Positions 61,319-64,000 of a DNA stretch of 64,000 bases are shown in pieces. The notes under the pieces were generated by a model. That model worked only from the letters and a program-made list of their open reading frames with translations. It made no database searches and was not told the DNA's origin. The position numbers were made by a program, and so were the translations under genes. The stretch is taken from positions 64,001 to 128,000 of the forward strand of contig CBDVDR010000006.1 of assembly GCA_965372795.1 (NCBI GenBank), written 5' to 3'. The first letter of the stretch is position 1, and each line of letters begins with the position of its first letter. The DNA is from an uncultured bacterium (lineage in GTDB: Bacteria > Zixibacteria > MSB-5A5 > GN15 > FEB-12).

Positions 61319-62800
61319 TTAAAATCGTTCGATAAGAACTCTGATTTTTGGGAAGCCTCTATCAGCAGTTGCTGCACCGGTCCAATTACGCATTGTCAGA
61401 TTGTTTTGTAGGTTCACTTCAATTTCTGAACGCTTAGTTGGTAATGCGCGAATCATTACAAATAGTGGAAAGTTGGTCTTGTTATCAGGACTTTGCAAGG
61501 CAATCGGTTCAAGCGTAATAAATACCGTTCCCGTATTTCCTGTTGCGTTCGGTAAAAGATTGATCGGATCGGAGCCACCTGGCAAATTCTGGAAGAATTC
61601 ATCTCCCGGATTTGGTGGTATCCTTAAAGATTTCACATAAAGATTAGCATCATCGGGACCATCAATTTCACTGAATGTACCGGTTGTAATCAAACCACCA
61701 AAATCACCAGGGATTGTGATGAAGTTATGTGCAGTATCATTATAAGTCACACCCCATCCCGGAGGATTTAGTGTGCCATAAGAAGTATCAAGAAGTGGAG
61801 AAACAATCCAGCCTTTGTATTTCCAACCATATCTTTCTAAATTTGGTAAACGGAAAGCATCCTGACTGAAAGTGTCTGTAAATAGTTGTCTTGGAGTAGA
61901 ATCAGGATATGGGACAGTTTGTAAATACCAGTCAATAATATATTCTTTTACAGAATCTCTAAATATTAAAGTGTCTGAATCGATATCAGAACTTAAATCA
62001 AGAGTATCGGTGAAAAGTTCGGACGTATATCTGGCAACAATCTGTGGAAGGGTATCAATACCAAAAACGCGTTGAATGGTATCAATCCAAACTGAATCAA
62101 TCGACTTCCGGCTGATTATAATTGTATCTTTATCGAATCTTTTCATTGTATCACGAATCACAAAACTATCAACACGAACAGTATCTCTTAGAGAATCAAG
62201 ATTACGACGATAATTAGCAAACCAGATACCATAGCCATTTGAACTAACATTACGAGTATTTTGGATTACACCAAGATGCCCGCTCTTAATAAACGTGGAA
62301 TCGTCTGATACTGTTTCCATGCTAAATCTAACAATTGCCGACCAAAGCGGAATCGTATCACTTATTTCAGGAAATACCATATCAATTGCATCAACAGACG
62401 GTTCAGTTGCATTGTCTATTAACATAATTGCTGAAGGTCGAGAAGGATTTGGATCCGGATATTTCTCTACAGAAATAAAGACCGATCGGTACAACAGAAA
62501 ATCATCCGATAATAAGAATCTATTTGAATCAGATTTTTCAGCACCAAATTCATCATAAAATTTGCGTAATTTATTGTTATATCCAAACTTACCCATTGAA
62601 ACGGTATCGGAAGCATCAGCAACCCATAACTCATATTGCATTCCATCATAACTGCTGGGGAAATTCCAAACTTCATCCAGATAAACATAAGTGTTTGAGA
62701 CACGTACGAGAACATCTTCTGGTTGTGAACAGCCAACATAAATAGTAATTAAGGCGATTGCCAAACCAAAGAATGTCAATCGTTTATTGCGGTTAGTCAT
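61319..62800 (-). CDS. Putative lipoprotein of unknown function
   Basis: Lipobox YVGC after a hydrophobic stretch; AGGAGG RBS; two similar segments (YELW..GKF..FISVE and YKGW..GTF..FITLE). Confidence 0.7.
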   Translation of the reverse strand: MTNRNKRLTFFGLAIALITIYVGCSQPEDVLVRVSNTYVYLDEVWNFPSSYDGMQYELWVADASDTVSMGKFGYNNKLRKFYDEFGAEKSDSNRFLLSDDFLLYRSVFISVEKYPDPNPSRPSAIMLIDNATEPSVDAIDMVFPEISDTIPLWSAIVRFSMETVSDDSTFIKSGHLGVIQNTRNVSSNGYGIWFANYRRNLDSLRDTVRVDSFVIRDTMKRFDKDTIIISRKSIDSVWIDTIQRVFGIDTLPQIVARYTSELFTDTLDLSSDIDSDTLIFRDSVKEYIIDWYLQTVPYPDSTPRQLFTDTFSQDAFRLPNLERYGWKYKGWIVSPLLDTSYGTLNPPGWGVTYNDTAHNFITIPGDFGGLITTGTFSEIDGPDDANLYVKSLRIPPNPGDEFFQNLPGGSDPINLLPNATGNTGTVFITLEPIALQSPDNKTNFPLFVMIRALPTKRSEIEVNLQNNLTMRNWTGAATADRGFPKIRVLIERF

Positions 62801-63025
62801 CTAAATAGGTCCTCCTCAGCATTTTGCCGGATTCGAAGTTCAAATATCCACCATAAATCCAAGACAAATAATAAAATATATCGCCCTGTAGAGTCAAGTC
62901 TTTATTTCAGTCTTTTCAGTTATTATAGGACGTATCAGGATTTTAATCATCTAAAGAAAACCTCTCAACTGGTCGATTATAAACATAATAGAAATAATTT
63001 AATTATTAAAGTATATGAGGTTGTC

Positions 63026-64000
63026 TTGCAAAATTGTCATAAATGCAATAATGTTGTAATAAGTGCTGTTAGTGGAATTTGTGATAACTGTGGAGCTCTT
63101 CTAGACACTTCCGCAGAAAAAAACCAATTAAATCAAGAGAGTGATGGACTTGATTTTGTTGTCACAGAAGCATCCAACAACTCGCCGGAGTTTGTTGACG
63201 GCAAAAGTAATTACACGAGTGACGATAATGACTTATCTATTGAGTCAACATCCGATTTGATCGAAAATGAAGCTCAGAATAATGTTAACGTTAATTCGCA
63301 TCCAAGCAGCTTCCAACAAAACCCTGATGACGAGCCTATTGGCAACTCTGCTCCACACCTTCCGGAATTCAGTCAAGAACCAAAGCTCGAAATTTCTAAA
63401 CCTGAATTGGAAGTAAACTCTGATTTTGTTGATAATAGTCATTCTGAGATTGACCTTCCTCCGTCAAGCTCTGACAAAATCACAGAGCTTTCCAAAGAAG
63501 ATTTAAAGTCAATTAATAATGAACTTAATACTTCGGAAACATATCTTTCTGATAACGAAAAGTCAGAATTGCTTTCAAAACTTGGCAATATTCCCAAAAA
63601 GAAAATTATCGAAGAGCCTTCACCTCCAAAACCATCTTTAGAAGAATCATCTCTCCCCGCCCCCAAGATGGCTGATCATAATAAAGGGATAGCATATTTT
63701 CACAAAAATTATATTCAAATAGTCAGTGCTCTGGAATTACATAATGGCGATGATTTAGTAATTAATGATAGAGAATTTGTATTAAAACAAAAATCATTGA
63801 ACAAGAATGTTTTATATAGTGCCGTTGCCTCACTCTTTATAATTGTTTTGATTTTTGTTGGGTCTCTTTTTGTCGGTGACATTAGCAATGGTGAAGGCTA
63901 CATCGTTGGTGTAGTTTTCAATACTGATGGTTCGCCTTATTTAAATGGAACGACTATTAGATTTCCAGAAGACGGAAATTCAGTAAAATCAAATGCTCAA
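63026..64000 (+). CDS. Zinc-ribbon membrane protein, 3' truncated by the window edge
   Basis: Manual translation from TTG after GAGG: CHKC..CDNCG, acidic linker, TM (VLYSAVASLFIIVLIFVGSLFV), then a beta domain (GYIVGVVFNTDG). The frame stays open to the window end. Confidence 0.7.
   Translation, partial: MQNCHKCNNVVISAVSGICDNCGALLDTSAEKNQLNQESDGLDFVVTEASNNSPEFVDGKSNYTSDDNDLSIESTSDLIENEAQNNVNVNSHPSSFQQNPDDEPIGNSAPHLPEFSQEPKLEISKPELEVNSDFVDNSHSEIDLPPSSSDKITELSKEDLKSINNELNTSETYLSDNEKSELLSKLGNIPKKKIIEEPSPPKPSLEESSLPAPKMADHNKGIAYFHKNYIQIVSALELHNGDDLVINDREFVLKQKSLNKNVLYSAVASLFIIVLIFVGSLFVGDISNGEGYIVGVVFNTDGSPYLNGTTIRFPEDGNSVKSNAQ

Overview
This is an AT-rich Gram-negative bacterial chromosome segment read with the standard code 11. 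The dockerin-tailed secreted proteins, GWxTD proteins and TBDR/PorV-like cluster suggest an FCB-group lineage such as Zixibacteria (inference). From left to right: (1) a minus-strand operon dapF-like-trpE-trpG-trpD-MFS-trpC-trpF-trpB-trpA-chorismate mutase, followed by a PLP aminotransferase, a nitroreductase and a GNAT gene. (2) tRNA-Thr(CGT) with a ~15 kb integrase island bounded by a 70-bp direct repeat of almost the whole tRNA; it carries three large GC-rich secreted proteins with C-terminal dockerin-like duplicated EF-hands, plus gene relics. (3) Two resident dockerin-tailed proteins, rsmE, and a TonB-dependent receptor / CTD-bearing protein / PorV-like triad. (4) CBS, STAS, ECF sigma/anti-sigma, PepC and FAD-oxidase genes. 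(5) A tandem pair of DUF1573-like genes, the second with an in-frame TGA aligned to a conserved Cys (candidate selenoprotein). (6) Two GWxTD genes, a Yip1-TolC-MFP-ABC exporter operon, a membrane pyrophosphatase, a lipoprotein and a partial zinc-ribbon membrane protein. The main leads are the candidate UxC selenoprotein, a possible dockerin-based proteolytic complex extended by a mobile cassette, a DapF with both catalytic Cys replaced by Ser, and a readable local ECF regulon. All product calls come from motif recognition by eye; no database searches were run.
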